A stretch of 64,000 bases of DNA from the human T2T-CHM13v2.0 reference genome, Homo sapiens. The stretch lies in NCBI RefSeq assembly GCF_009914755.1, contig NC_060940.1; one strand, given 5' to 3'. How positions within the stretch are numbered: position 1 is the stretch's first letter; each line of letters begins with the position of its first letter. The notes below the pieces were generated by a model that was not told the DNA's origin, did not search any database, and worked only from the letters and a program-made list of their open reading frames with translations. Both the position numbers and the translations under genes were made by a program. Positions 33,131 to 47,818 of the stretch are shown piece by piece.

Positions 33131-33938
33131 TTATGGATTAAACTGTGCCTGTCCCCCAACTTCACATACATTCGGAACTCAGAATATGATCTTATTTAAT
33201 GAGGTCTCTGTAGACGTCCTTAAGGTAAGAATTTAGGTGACATCATGTTGGATTAGAGTCAAAGAAGCTCAATGAAAGAGTCCTTTCAGAGACAGAAAAA
33301 GACATGCAGAACACAGGGGCAGGGGCCATGTGAAGACGCAGGCCTCTGAGACTGGCACAATGCGTCCCCACACCAGGGAAGCCTGGAGCTCCCAGAAGCT
33401 GGATAAGGTAAGGAAGGACCTTCCCCTAGAGCCTGTGGAGGGAGCATGGCCCTGCCCGCACCTGGATTTGGGACTTCTGGTCTCCAGAACTCTGAGAGAA
33501 CAAATTTGTTGTTTGAAGCCAGTGTTATGGGTTGAATTCAGAATTGCAAAATTCGTATGTTGAAGCCCTAACCCCTACCATACCTCGGCAGGTGACCTTG
33601 TTTGGAAATAGGGCCGCTGCAGATGTAATCAGTTTGATGAGGTTGAATGATGTCCTTATGAAAAGGGGAGATTTGGAGGTGACTCACACACAGGGAGAAT
33701 GCCATGTGAAGATGATGGCAGAGATCAGGGTGACCCCTCTACAAGCCGAGGAACGCTAAAGAGGCCAGCAAACTCCAGAAGCTGGGGCAGAGCCCTGAAG
33801 CAGCTTCTCCCTCACAGCCCCAGAAGGAACCACCCTTGATCTCAGTCTTCCAACCACCAGAATCATGAGAATTTCTACTGCGTAAGCCCCCAAGTTTGTA
33901 GTACTTTGTTACAGCAGCCACAGGAAATGAATCCACAC
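33131..33938 (+). mobile_element. Two adjacent MLT1 (MaLR) LTRs (~33131-33522 and ~33523-33938)
   Basis: two tatgg(a/g)tt(a/g)aa starts, gccatgtgaaga motifs, end tttgttacagcagccacaggaaa. Confidence 0.75.
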
Positions 33939-34029
33939 ACATCCACACCCACCCACATGCACACCCGGACACGACAAGCGTGCGGCCCCCAGCGCTGACT
34001 CCCTGGGCCTTCAATCTCTCATTCCATGC

Positions 34030-34212
34030 GTGTCTTGTCCGTCGTTCCGCTTTCCACTAATATTTGCAGCAGTCCGCATAAAGTCTTGGTGGCTTCGCTC
34101 TGCATGATCTCAGCATGAACTCTGGCAGGCAGACAAAGAGTCTGCAGTAAGTTAATAGTGCTGGTAAACATCATTGTAGTGGGGTGAATGTTCCTTTCAG
34201 TTTGTTCAGCTT
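34030..34212 (-). pseudogene. HERC2-like exon 38
   Basis: EAEQTERNIHPTTMMFTSTINLLQTLCL...LVESGTTDKT; frame open; expected donor reads GCATGG rather than GT. Confidence 0.9.
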
Positions 34213-34919
34213 CTAAAAAAAATAATCAAAATAACAAATTATATTGGCAGCCCCAGCCTCTTGGATGGTCTTACCAAGCCCAGCCATGTGAAGCTTCGCA
34301 TGTCTTTTAGGAACAGCTAAGAAATGTCATGAAACCTCCTCCCACAACCTGGATCTCCACAGATAGGATCTAGCTTTCTTGGTCCACCCCTAAATTCTCA
34401 CCTCTGCTTCCCTAGAAGCAATAAAGTGCTGACTAACTCCACATTACTTGAAGAGTTCAGAGTCAGGGACCGCAGAGGAAAGGTAAAGACAGGTGGCAGG
34501 TTGGGTGTGCTCAGGCGGGGGCTCTCACTGGAGGAGGAGGCAATGGACCGAGACCGCAGGGCAATTCCACCAGGCCTCGGCTCACTCGCTCAGATGCAGG
34601 CTCAGCACCAACCACATGAGACTCACTGGTGGTGCAGCTGCCCCGACCTGGCCACCACATTCTCAAAGAGGGGCAGGTGCACACGTGAGAGGAAAATGCA
34701 GAAAGTCAGTTCCAGACAGATCGCCGGATCCCACAGCCACTCCATGCACCTGCATCGGAGGTGCCTGGGAGCTTATTTAAATGGCAGGTTCCGAGGACAG
34801 AGTGCCAGCTGCAGGTGCGTCCTGACATCCCATTCTAAGGTCCAGATGGCAGTGGTGGCAGCCAGCACCTGGACAGTTTGTGGGCTGCCTTGGACTAAAG
34901 GCCTTCCTGAGTCACCCAC

Positions 34920-35112
34920 CAGAGTCGTCCTCTGTGTCCGAATCCTCTGCTGAGGGCTGTGCAGCGGCCGGCAGCTCTGCCAGCTTGAGGTCGTATTTTC
35001 CTTCTTTCCCCATCCTGTAGGAGTTGGTGCTGCCCGTGCCCCACTGGACTCTTATCCACCCGTCCTCTCCCAGCTCACCAATCACTCGGCCTAGGCCTGG
35101 AGGAGGCCCATC
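34920..35112 (-). pseudogene. HERC2-like exon 37 (MIB/HERC2 domain)
   Basis: [48 protein letters not shown]...; frame open. Confidence 0.95.
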
Positions 35113-35133
35113 CTGACAAAGCCCAAGTAGAGA

Positions 35134-35457
35134 TCAGTTAGGAGGGTGCGTGCCTTGCCCTGGTCCTTCCATGGCTCCCAGCAGACCTCAGTTAGGCGGG
35201 TGCGTGCCCTGCCCTGGTCCTTCCATGGCTCCCAGCAGACCTCAGTTGGGAGGGTGCGTGCCCTGCCCTGGTCCTTCCATGGCTCCCACCAGACCTCAGT
35301 TGGGAGGGTGCGTGCCCTGCCCTGGTCCTTCCATGGCTCCCACCAGACCTCAGTTAGGAGGGTGCGTGCCCTGCCCTGGTCCTTCCATGGCTCCCACCAG
35401 ACCTCAGTTAGAAGGGTGCGTGCTCTGTCCTGGTCCTTCCATGGCTCACACCAGACC
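35134..35457. repeat. 54-bp VNTR, 6 copies
   Basis: units start at 35134, 35188, 35242, 35296, 35350 and 35404; each carries CCATGG. Confidence 0.97.
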
Positions 35458-36444
35458 TGCCACACAGATGTCGCCATATGCCACCCTGTCTGTCAGGGGC
35501 TGTCCCCAGACACAGATTTCACCTCTCCTACAAAATGTGTGCTTGCATCATTTTAAATTAAATGGCATAAAATAACGTGCTCATGCTGCTTTACCAAGGA
35601 AGTAGGGGAAATCTCATCTCAATGAGGATCCTCTGAGTTAATGCACAGACAGGGCTTTGCAGCAAGTCCTGACCCCTCAATCCCTCACCGGCCTTGCAAG
35701 AGCAGAAACCTGAAACAAGTACCAGCACCTGCACATTCCCTTTTCTTCAGTTTCCTCCGGGCCCCAGGGGGAAGCTCTGTCTCTCACTTCTGTAGGAGAA
35801 AGCTGTTTCTAGGATGGATGCTGCTGTCTCCAGACACTGCTATTTCTAAGATGACTGTGACAAAGCCGGGGCTTACTAGCGTGGCTGAGAAAAGCTAGAC
35901 AGACCATGGGAAGGTGAACACTGCCCTAACTTAGCTAGGGCTGTGGTAAGTGACTTCCACCTGGGGGCACCTGGCAGCGATTTAGAAGACACCTGCGATG
36001 AGGGAAAATGGAGACATGGCCACAGGCCCATGAAGTATATCCCTAACTACTGGGTTCAGGGCACTTCGCAGCACGTGGCCATCAGCTCACAGGGGCAGAA
36101 TCTGGGCTTCCTGCCTCAGAGCCTTCACTACACCAACTTTCAGAATGAGATTTACTCTCTTGCTCACTCTCACTCTTGTTCCAGTGACCCATCAAACTGA
36201 GCCTCATGCCAGTGAGTTTCCTGAAAAGAGCTGCCTCTCTTTCCAGACTTGATTCTGCTCAGATGCCCTACTTATGATTCCCTATTTGTGTTCACTCCCT
36301 TCAGCAGCTCGGGAACCAACACCTGTGTCATCTATCAACCGACACATCCTGGATTATTCCAATTTCCACCCACCAGTATCGTACAGACCTGTGCAGAAGA
36401 TAACTAATGTGTGGCTAATGTGTTCACATCAAATCTCTGAGTAC

Positions 36445-36632
36445 CTGATCGCCCCATTTCCAGTCCACACCTCTCATGACCCTCGTTCCAATCTTCATCG
36501 TGGCAGCCAGTTCTGGCCCTGAAACAGGGAGATGCACAGGAGCCGTTTCCTTCCTTGTTGCTTCCAAAACTGTGGCAGAAACACCTTGAGCAGAAGCATT
36601 CATATCTTCCTCAACATTGTCACAACTGGGGC
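36445..36632 (-). pseudogene. HERC2-like exon 36 (start of MIB/HERC2 domain)
   Basis: [16 protein letters not shown]...[18 protein letters not shown]; frame open. Confidence 0.94.
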
Positions 36633-37023
36633 CTGACAGAGCATCAAAAACAATAGCTGAGCCAACAAGTAGCTACAATGTCCCTTTAATACACACAAAA
36701 CATTTAAAAAATACTAATGAAGATCATAATGTTTTGAAGAATCCATACTATATGTTTATCAATATAATACTATGAATATTTTACTGATATACGATAAAAA
36801 GAAGGTAAACGGAAGGACAAAATACATAAATATCCTAGGAAGATATAAAAGATATTAAAATGCTCAGTAAAGCTACTTTCTCTACTTCTAGGAATTACTC
36901 CCCCGTAAAAAGCAAAATAACTGAGTTAGAAAGATACTCATCACATTTTTTATTAATAGAAAAACAAAGATAACTACCTAAATATCTAACAGTGGGAAAC
37001 TGACAAACTTTAATCATGGTTCT

Positions 37024-37515
37024 GTGCAGAAGACAGCTAACAGCTGGCCCGAGATACAACCTCAGACAGGATTGCTGCAGGCTAGCCCTCGGCTGGAGTC
37101 TGGATTTCAGGAGGGCTCCCCAATTCCCTAGGTGATAGTTGTGGTTCGCTGTGCCTGAATTGACTGTACAAACAACATGGTCTGTGCTGAAACCTGCTTT
37201 CCTTGTTCTGGAACTTGGTATGCACCAGGCACGGGGTGCCCATGTGGTCAGCCCTGATGGAAACCCTGGGCCTGGAGTCTCTACCCAGCTTCCCGGCAGA
37301 CAGCACTTGACATGGCTCGGTGCCGGGGCAGTTATGCTCGTCCTGTGTGGATCCTGTGGAAGCTTGTACCTGCTTTCCTCTGGACTTTACACACGTCCTT
37401 TTTCATGATTTTGCTCTGTGTCCCTTCACTGTAATAAACTATAGCCCTGAGTACAACTACATGCTGAGTCTTGTGAGTCCTCCTGGCCAACCATCAAACC
37501 TGGAGACCCCTGACA
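37024..37515 (+). mobile_element. LTR (MER21-like) followed by a short internal remnant
   Basis: tgtgcagaa...gtaataaactatagcc...gagacccctgaca, then attggtgcc. Confidence 0.6.
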
Positions 37516-38494
37516 ATTGGTGCCCTGGGTGGCTACAGAGTCATCCATAGCATGAAACAGAAGCTGAGCTGCTGTCACCTGAGAGAAGTAAAACTTACCA
37601 ATGGATTTGAAAATAGGAGAGCTAACCCTAGGAGAGTAGGCTAGATTTTTAACCCCCCTTTTCTCACTTGCTAAACTGAGAGCGGGTAGGAGTGCGGTTC
37701 TGGTAACTCCCTTGATTTTAGTTTTCTCCTCCAGGTGGGAGGGAAAAAGATCCAAACGGTCCCAAAGGTGGGCTTGGGTGAGCCAAAAAATGTAAAAAGT
37801 TTGTGTTTCTCTCTCTTCCAAGAGAGCAAAAAAGGATATTCAATTCCCAGGGCTGGAGCAAAACTTTAGATAAACTAGCGGGGGAAACAGCCTTTCCTTT
37901 AGCCTAGCCGCTACTTTAGGGCTCCCAGGAAGGGGCCCCAAGGAAGGGACAGGAGTTGCATTCCAGGTGGATCTCCCAGGATCCCCTGGGCAGCTATACT
38001 GTTAACTCTGTAAAGACTGAATTTATTGCTAAGGGCTTGAATAAATTTGCAACCAAAACTGGGGGAAATTTTTTATTTTACATAGCTTTATGTTTTGTGG
38101 CTGTTACATGTGGATGTACACATTAAGCTGGTATAAAATATTATATGCTTATAATTTCTTAAATGATAAGAAGGATACCCTGATCAGGGCAAGCTGCAAA
38201 TATAGACGGATATTCATGAGACACAACTTCCTTGCTTTTTGCAGCCAGTGGGCCAGATGAAATTTAAACACATGAATACTATCAACAGAACAAGTCCCCA
38301 TACTTAATGATTTGTGCTGTGATTTTTACTTATTGGAACCTCTGGGGAAAAAGCAGACAACATAAAAAGGCCATTTCTCGATGGAGATATGCTTCTGTAA
38401 TTTTTAAATGTAACTTTTGGTTGCTAATGAGGCCTCAAGAAATCAGATATAACTCTTACTAGATGATTCTTTTCAGCTGTAATACACATATTAA

Positions 38495-38910
<416 letters not shown>

Positions 38911-39504
38911 TGAATGGATTAATGTGAACTCTAAGACTGATGTGATTAAAAGAGCTTGGGAAAACCTTGCTTTTTCACTGTGACTTTGACAACGGGCCCT
39001 GCAGCATCTCAGTTTTAGCCAAAGAACACCACCATAAACCAATCAGATCTAATAGACATATACAGAACATTTCACCAAAAAGAGCAGAATAAACATTATT
39101 CTCAAGTATACCACAGAACACTCTCTTAGACTGACCAGACCATATGTTAGGCCACAAAGTCTCAAATTTAAACAGACTAAAATCATACAAATTACCTTCT
39201 CCAACCAAAATGAAATGATGAGAAATTAATAACAAAAGGAAAAGTGGAAAATTCACAAGTATATGAAAATTAAACAACACACGGTAAACAATCAGTGGGT
39301 CAAAGAAGAAATCACAAGGGAGATTAGAAAATACTATGAGATGAATGAAAACACAACATACCAAAACTTCTGTGCTGCGCCAAAAGCAGGGCTAAGACGG
39401 GCAATTATACTATAGAAGTCTGCATTCACAGAAGATGATCTCAAATCAATAACTCTACATCTGGAAGAACTAAAAAAATAAGAACACAATAAAAACCAAA
39501 GTTA

Positions 39505-39692
39505 GGCCAGGTGTGGTGCCTCACACCTGTAATCCCAGCACTTTGGGAGGTTGAGGCAGGTGGATAACTTGAGCCAAGGAGGTTGAGGCTGCAGTGAGCC
39601 ATGACTGCGCCACTGTACTTCGGCCTGAGGGACAAAGTAAGACCCTGTCTCAAAACAAAGACAAAAAAAAAAAAACAAAAACAAAAAAATAC
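39505..39692 (+). mobile_element. Monomeric Alu (FRAM-like or left/right recombinant)
   Basis: single monomer with right-arm end and A tail. Confidence 0.8.
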
Positions 39693-39833
39693 AAAGCAGA
39701 AGGAAGGAAACGACAGAGATTAGAGCAGCCATAAATTAAATAGGGAATGGAAAAATAATCTACAAAACCAAAAGTTCGGTTTCTGGCAAGAACAAAAAAT
39801 CTGATAAACTTTCCGCAAATTAAGAAAAAAAGA

Positions 39834-40363
<530 letters not shown>

Positions 40364-40377
40364 TTAAAAATCTTTCA

Positions 40378-40702
<325 letters not shown>

Positions 40703-41708
40703 TTAACTCTACCAAACATTTAAAGCAGAATTGACACCAATCCTCAAACTCTTCTAAAAATAGAATATATGGGAACACTACCTAGTTCATTCTATGAGGC
40801 CATTATTACCCTGATAACTGTAAAACAATAAAATATTGCTGAAAGAAATTAAAGAGGACGGAAATAAATGGAAAGACATTCCACATTCAGAGAATGGATG
40901 TTAACATTGTTAAGATGGCACTATTCCCCAGAACAATCTACAGATTCAATCCCTAGCAAAAATCCCAATGGTCTTTTTTGCAGATATGGAAAAGCCAGCC
41001 TTGAAGTTCATATGAAAATTCAACGGAACCAAAGCAGCCAAAATAATCTTGAGAAAGAAGACACACTTCTCAATTTTAAAACAGTACAAAACTACAATGT
41101 TCAAAACAGTGTGGTACCTGCATAATTATCAACATATAGAATGTAATAATGTAATTGAGAGTCCAGAAATAAACCTAAATATCTACAGCCAACTGATCTT
41201 TGCCAAGGGTACCGAGAACTTCAGGGAAAGAATAGTCCTCAACAAGTGGTATTGAAACAATCAGATAATCAAAAGGAAAAGGCTGGACTCTTACCATACA
41301 CTGTGTAAAAGAAATTACCTAAAAATGGACCAAAGATCTAACTATAAGAGCTAAAACTATAAAACTTACGGAAGAAAACATGAGATGAGGATAATCTTCA
41401 TCAGTCTTGTATTTGGAAATGGCTTTTTGGGTATGATATCAAAAGCATAGACGACAAAAGAGAAACAGATAAACTAAACTTCATCAAAATAAAAAACTTC
41501 TCTATGAAAGGAAATACAATCCAGAGAACAGGAGAAAATACCCACAAATGATATATCTGATAAAGGTCTACAGATCTGTGAAGGTCTAGTATACATGAAA
41601 TTTTTAAAGAGTCTGAGGACTGGTGTTAATTCTTCTTTAAATGTTTGGTACACTTACATAGTGCATTTACCGGTACAACAACAAGATGACGACAAATAAC
41701 CCTATTTA

Positions 41709-42111
<403 letters not shown>

Positions 42112-42926
42112 TCATCATTAGTGAAATGCAAATCAAAATCACAATGAGATAGCACTTCACACCCACTAGGATGGCCTTAATCCAAAAAAAAAAAAGAAAA
42201 CCACAAAAAATAGTGTTGGCAGGGAAGTAGAGAAACTGGGACCCTGGAATCCTGCCCCCTGGTGGTGGGAATGTAAAAATGATATGGCACTGTGGAAAAG
42301 TTTGGTAGTCTCTTAGTAAGTTACACATAGTTGTACCATATGACCCTGTAATTCCAGTCCTAGGTGTATAATCAAAAGAACTAGAAACAAGTGTTCAAAC
42401 AAGTATTTGTATATAAATGTTGCTAGCAACACTATTCACAAAAGTCAAAAGGCAAAACCAACCCAAATGTCCATCAACAGATAAATGAATAAACAAAATG
42501 TTATATATTCATACAATGGAAATCTTTTTCAGCCATAAAAATAAAGTACTGATATATACCAAATGAAATAACCCAGACACAAAGGCCACAAATGGTATGA
42601 TTCCATTTATATGAAATATCCAGGATATGCAAATCCATAGACAGAGAAAGCAGATTTGTGACTACCAGGGGCTGGAGAGCAGGTGAGTCAGGACTGATGG
42701 CTAAATGGGGTGCATTTATAGTGATGAAAAAGTTCTACAACCAGACAGTGGTGATGACTCTAGAAAATTGTGAATGTATTTAATACTGCTGAATTGCGAC
42801 GTTAAAATGCTACACTTTCTGCTATTTGTGTCTTACCATAATTTACAAAAAGCTTAAAAAAAAAAAAAGAAATCAAAGCAAAATCTTGACGTTTTCCCAA
42901 AGGCTCTCAAGCCAGTGCAGACCTAC

Positions 42927-43118
42927 CAATCAGGCGCAGTGCCGTCTGAGTGAGGGCCAGCGTGCCGGAATTGAGCAGGAGGTCGAGGTTGTTTGCGCTG
43001 TGCTGCAGGGTGAGCATGCTGAGCATCATCAGGAGGAAGCGGGCTTGCGGGATGCTCCCCAGGCTCGGTCCCAATGGGTTCTCACTGGTGATGGTCTGCA
43101 GGGGAACCGGCTGGATAC
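42927..43118 (-). pseudogene. HERC2-like exon 35
   Basis: IQPVPLQTITSENPLGPSLGSIPQARFLLMMLSMLTLQHSANNLDLLLNSGTLALTQTALRLI; frame open. Confidence 0.94.
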
Positions 43119-43303
43119 CTAATAAGCATTGACACCCACTTACGTTTCTTGTGATGGATACAAGAATAAACATAACGCAGAAAGCACGGGCTATTACTTT
43201 AAACATCTGACTAATAAGCATTGACACCCACTGACATTTCTTGTGCGTGGATACAAGAATAAAAGTAACACAGAAAGCACGGGCAATTACTCTAAACATC
43301 TGA
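43119..43303. repeat. Tandem duplication, 2 x ~92 bp, containing the exon 35 acceptor
   Basis: units 43119-43210 and 43211-43303. Confidence 0.92.
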
Positions 43304-43816
43304 CTATTTTTCAGTGGTTTCCACAGAGTGGGCAGCTCTGTCATGCTGCACGATGGGCCTAACCCCTGTATTCTATGCACAGGTCGTTCCATCTGTCTAC
43401 AGGACTTAGCATGTTGCTCTCTGAATACACTGGTGCCCTATTCCATTCCTTCCATTTCAAATATAAAAGTTATGTCTCACTTTTCCTCCACAAAACCAAT
43501 CCAATCAACTCTCTGTAGATGCTCAGACTATCCAGGAAATAAATATTAATATAGGACACAGACACTTAGGATATGTGGTGATACACATATAAATGTCAAA
43601 ATGTAAAAATGTTATACTAGAGTACTTCAACATTGTATCTCCTGCTAAATTTTAAAGTTTTGTTTAAAATCTGAGAAAGCTGACAGCAGCATAGATTATA
43701 CAAGTACAAAGTACAAACTTATTACAGTCTTCTCAAAAGCAAAAATTGGCATTTGCAAGTTTCCACAACACATAATTAAAGGCAAACTATAAAATAACAT
43801 TGATGCAATTGGTCAC

Positions 43817-43968
43817 CAAGCTCTTTAAATTTGGCACTGGCATCCATCAGAACATTTAGAATGTTCTGAACAGTCCAAGCATACAGCTTGCCAAAGGTGA
43901 CTTCCAGCAGCATCCGATTAAAAGGTGGGATCAAATCAACATCCTTTAAACAATCAGTAAGAGGTTCC
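43817..43968 (-). pseudogene. HERC2-like exon 34
   Basis: EPLTDCLKDVDLIPPFNRMLLEVTFGKLYAWTVQNILNVLMDASAKFKEL; frame open. Confidence 0.93.
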
Positions 43969-44085
43969 CTTTCAAATAAAGATAAAGAATTTGACTCGGG
44001 ACACTGCCAGACTTCTAACTGTTACAGAACAACATTCTGTTGCCACAGCTTCCTTAGTTAGGAAAAAAATATGCTAACGTTTTAC

Positions 44086-44228
44086 CCTATATCGATTCCT
44101 TCAGGAATAAGTCTTTGCCATCCACAAAACATCGCTTACTGCACAGATGGAAGTAAGAAATTCTTGCTCACCAGATACAATTTCAAAATTGTATCTATCC
44201 CTTCCAGGCGAACCTCTGCTCTCTCCAA
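44086..44228 (-). pseudogene. HERC2-like exon 33 (nonsense codon, 6-bp insertion)
   Basis: LERAEVRLEGIDTILKLYLVSKNFLLPSVQ*AMFCGWQRLIPEGIDI; TAA at 44136-44138. Confidence 0.92.
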
Positions 44229-44307
44229 CTGCAAAATATCAATGCATATACAGTTAAGTGTTATGTATATTACCCACTGCAGAGAAGCATTTCTCATCAA
44301 ATGTTAT

Positions 44308-44481
44308 CTGTTTTAGTAGGCACTATCTCATTTTTTCCACATCCACTGGCTCTTCCTTAAGGGCAAATTCAGCAATTGTACTGAGGAGTGGAGACTGCGG
44401 ATAAAGATCCTGAACATTCTGCTTCAACCACTTGTATCTGTGAACCCCTGTAACAGTACTCAACAGTGGCTGCCATTTGTC
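44308..44481 (-). pseudogene. HERC2-like exon 32 (nonsense codon, donor lost)
   Basis: DKWQPLLSTVTG...VEKMR*CLLKQ; TAG at 44323-44325; donor reads CAG|ataaca instead of GT. Confidence 0.92.
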
Positions 44482-45014
44482 CTAACAAAGGAAAACAATT
44501 TTCATCATTAGTCTACCCTATTTAATATTAAACTGTGCTCTAAAAGTTATTCAAGTAAAATATAAATAATGCTCATAGGTTTAAATTGGTTAAAATATGT
44601 TAAATTTAGTAATTAATACATGGTTTTAAAACTATGCTATAAATATAAGTGAACTTATCTCTATACTAATATATGTTGGAACAGGCTAGCTTGGCATACG
44701 AAGTTAAGTTGTGGTTCATATTAATAGCCACAGGGCCCAGCACTGTTTCTGGAACAAAGAATATATTTAAGGAATGAATGGTGAATAATTAATGATACAA
44801 TCTAGTACCAAAAATAAAAGGAAACCCTTCTCCAGCTACAGCTCTGACCAGGACATCATAAGTCAAGTTCATGAACCATCACTGGGGCCGTATTTCTAAC
44901 AACCGCCCGTCCCTCCCTCCGGATGCTCAGGTACGGAGGTACAAGACTGTGGATTCCTTTGCTACATGCTATGATTCTATTCAGCTAACCTCAGAATCAC
45001 AGAAAACACTGCAC

Positions 45015-45148
45015 CTTGGGTGATTTAATTGCAATGGGTCTCTTGTCCACATTTATTGGACTATGAGGCAAAATGCAGGCTTCTTCTAAATCACTCTCTT
45101 CGTTTCCAATTTTTTCTTCATCAGCCGTAGATTCTGGCTTCTTAGGAA
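45015..45148 (-). pseudogene. HERC2-like exon 31
   Basis: PKKPESTADEEKIGNEESDLEEACILPHSPINVDKRPIAIKSPK; AG/GT intact. Confidence 0.93.
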
Positions 45149-45384
45149 CTGTGTTTTAAAACATCATTCACTATAAAAAATCATACACTTAAACATTAAT
45201 TTTAAATTAGGAAATACTTAGATTTACATGAAAGACAAATATTTCATTCAAATAAACATCTGAACAACATTATAAATTGCAAGGCTCAAACAACAAGAGT
45301 GAAATGATCACCATGGCAGAACAAAATGACAAAGTGAGAGTGTGACAAGGGGAGAAGCCCCGAAGCAGGGGAAGCCCAGCAGCC

Positions 45385-45715
45385 AGCAAGCTCTTCCTCA
45401 AGTGCCAGAGAGTGAACATTTGAGTCTTTCAGGCCACGCAGTCTGTTGGAAATACTCAACTCTGCTGCTGTAGCACAAAAAGTAACCACAGATAAAGCAA
45501 CAGGTGTGGCTGTGCTCCCGTAAAACTTTATGGTGCTACAATTTTAGCTTCATGTAATTTTCATGTGTCAAAAATAATATACTTCTTTTAATTTTTAAAA
45601 AACAATTTCAAACTGCAAAAAAAAAAAAAAAAAAAGGTCTTAGTCCACGGGCAACACAAAGCAAGCAAGAGGTGGAATTTGGCCCACAGTTCCTGGCTTG
45701 TCCACCATGGTCCAG
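45385..45715. mobile_element. hAT-Charlie element (MER58-like)
   Basis: tactcaactctgctgctgtagcacaaaa...gtgtggctgtgctcccgtaaaacttta. Confidence 0.65.
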
Positions 45716-45860
45716 TTCAGTGGTTCTGTTAGTGTGTAACTGAATTAATTGAATTCATTGTGATATGTGGAATTTCCTCCCTATATTTTATCTCTTTTAA
45801 AATTTTTGGTCTAAATCTCCTCAGCATATAATATAAAAAATAAGCAACATGACAATACAC

Positions 45861-46468
45861 CTGGGCAGTAAAGAGCTAACATAGCAGGCCGGGGTTGCTC
45901 AAACACTGCAAATTCCCAAGGAAGGTCTGTCCCTTCAGGATTGGTCCTTCTTCTTCTAGGAGCTGAGCTCTGAGGCCTTGGAACATCCTGCCTGATAAGT
46001 TTTTTGGTATACCTGACACCCAGGACCTTGTGGCAGTGGTCTGGCCAGGCAATTTATGCTAATGATGTGACTTGCGAGGGACCACTTGTTTTTGCACTGG
46101 GGCACTGGAGTGTAAGTAGTTGAGGTCAGTCACATGGGCACTGCCTGCGTATGTGACTGGCCCCCAACAAAATCTCTAGACTCTAGGTTCAGGTGCGCTG
46201 GCCTGGTTAACAATTCTGCACACATGATGTGACCCACTGTTGCTGGGAGAGCTAAGCACATCCACGTGACGCCACTAGGGAGAGACACCAAAGCTTGTGC
46301 CTAGTTTCCTCTGGACTTCCCTCCATGCACCCTTCCCTTTGCTAATTTTAATCTGTATCCTTTTTGCGGTTAAAAAAAAAAAAAACACACAGCTGTGAGT
46401 ATAACAGCTCTTCTGAGTCCTTTTGGTGAATCATCAAGCCTGAGAGAAGGCTTGGCGATCCCTGACAC
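45861..46468 (+). mobile_element. LTR (MER21-like)
   Basis: aaaagagctaacatagcaggcc start; gtgaatcatcaagcctgag...ccctgacaca end. Confidence 0.65.
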
Positions 46469-46880
46469 AGCAACAGGAATATTAATCACTTAATCTTCTT
46501 AAGTTACTTAATTTCCAAAAAAAAAAAAAGAAAACCAGCTTGAAACAACACACAATAAATCTATAAACCCACAAGAAACTCTAAAAGTGACAGTGTGGGC
46601 TCAGAACCCACGGATATGAAATGGCAAATGGTGGAGTCTCTCTCCCTCATGCTGAGGCAGGCCTGTCTCCTGGGCCCGGGCTGAGTTCCTGCATGCCTGG
46701 GTTAAAGGAATTGCAGCAGTGTGACTGCTGTGACTTCCTGATCCAGAGCACCCATCGGATTCCGACAGGCTGTTATGGTGTAGGGTTTGTTCAGGAACAA
46801 TCAAATTAGGATGGCTTCTAAAACGCTCTAGTCTTTCATAAGCTTATTGTTCAAAATGCCCATCAGAAACTGAGTAATTA

Positions 46881-47290
<410 letters not shown>

Positions 47291-47818
47291 CTATTTTATA
47301 ATTTCTAAGCATTTTTATTCAAATTTGGATTTAATGCAAAAAGACTTTTCTGTACTCTTACACAGCTACTTCCAGGAAAATGTCAGTAACTCTTTCAGCT
47401 TCCCTTTATAATTCTCCATGTATCAGAATACTCAATATTTCCAAACAAAAAACATTTCTTTAGAAGAATGGCAATAAGTTTAAATGTTCCCATTATATCT
47501 CATTACCAGGATAACTAATAAAATAAAAATACGTCCTTGTTCCCATCAATTTAGCAAAGATTATTTACGTTTTCAACATCAATTTACTAGTAATCAAATC
47601 ATACCACACTCAATTCCTAAACTGCCTCATTGTCTGATCGGTTGAAAAAATAGGAGAGATTTCCGTATTTAATCATAACTATACATAAAAATGATGGCAG
47701 CAGGTAGAAATGTCACATGGAATCAACAGTAGAGAAACTTCACTCTGAAATCACAGGTCCAGCGAGGCAGGGTGAAGCACATGCTTTAATAGTATCTTCT
47801 GTCCTTTTACATTCTTAC

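Noticed and set aside
31985-33236. Multiple His/Thr-rich ORFs
   Set aside because: Translation of CA-rich simple sequence.
35091-35575. Repetitive Trp-, Pro- or Cys-rich ORFs and a superficially CRISPR-like array
   Set aside because: Artefacts of the 54-bp VNTR; the units are contiguous with no unique spacers and there are no cas genes.
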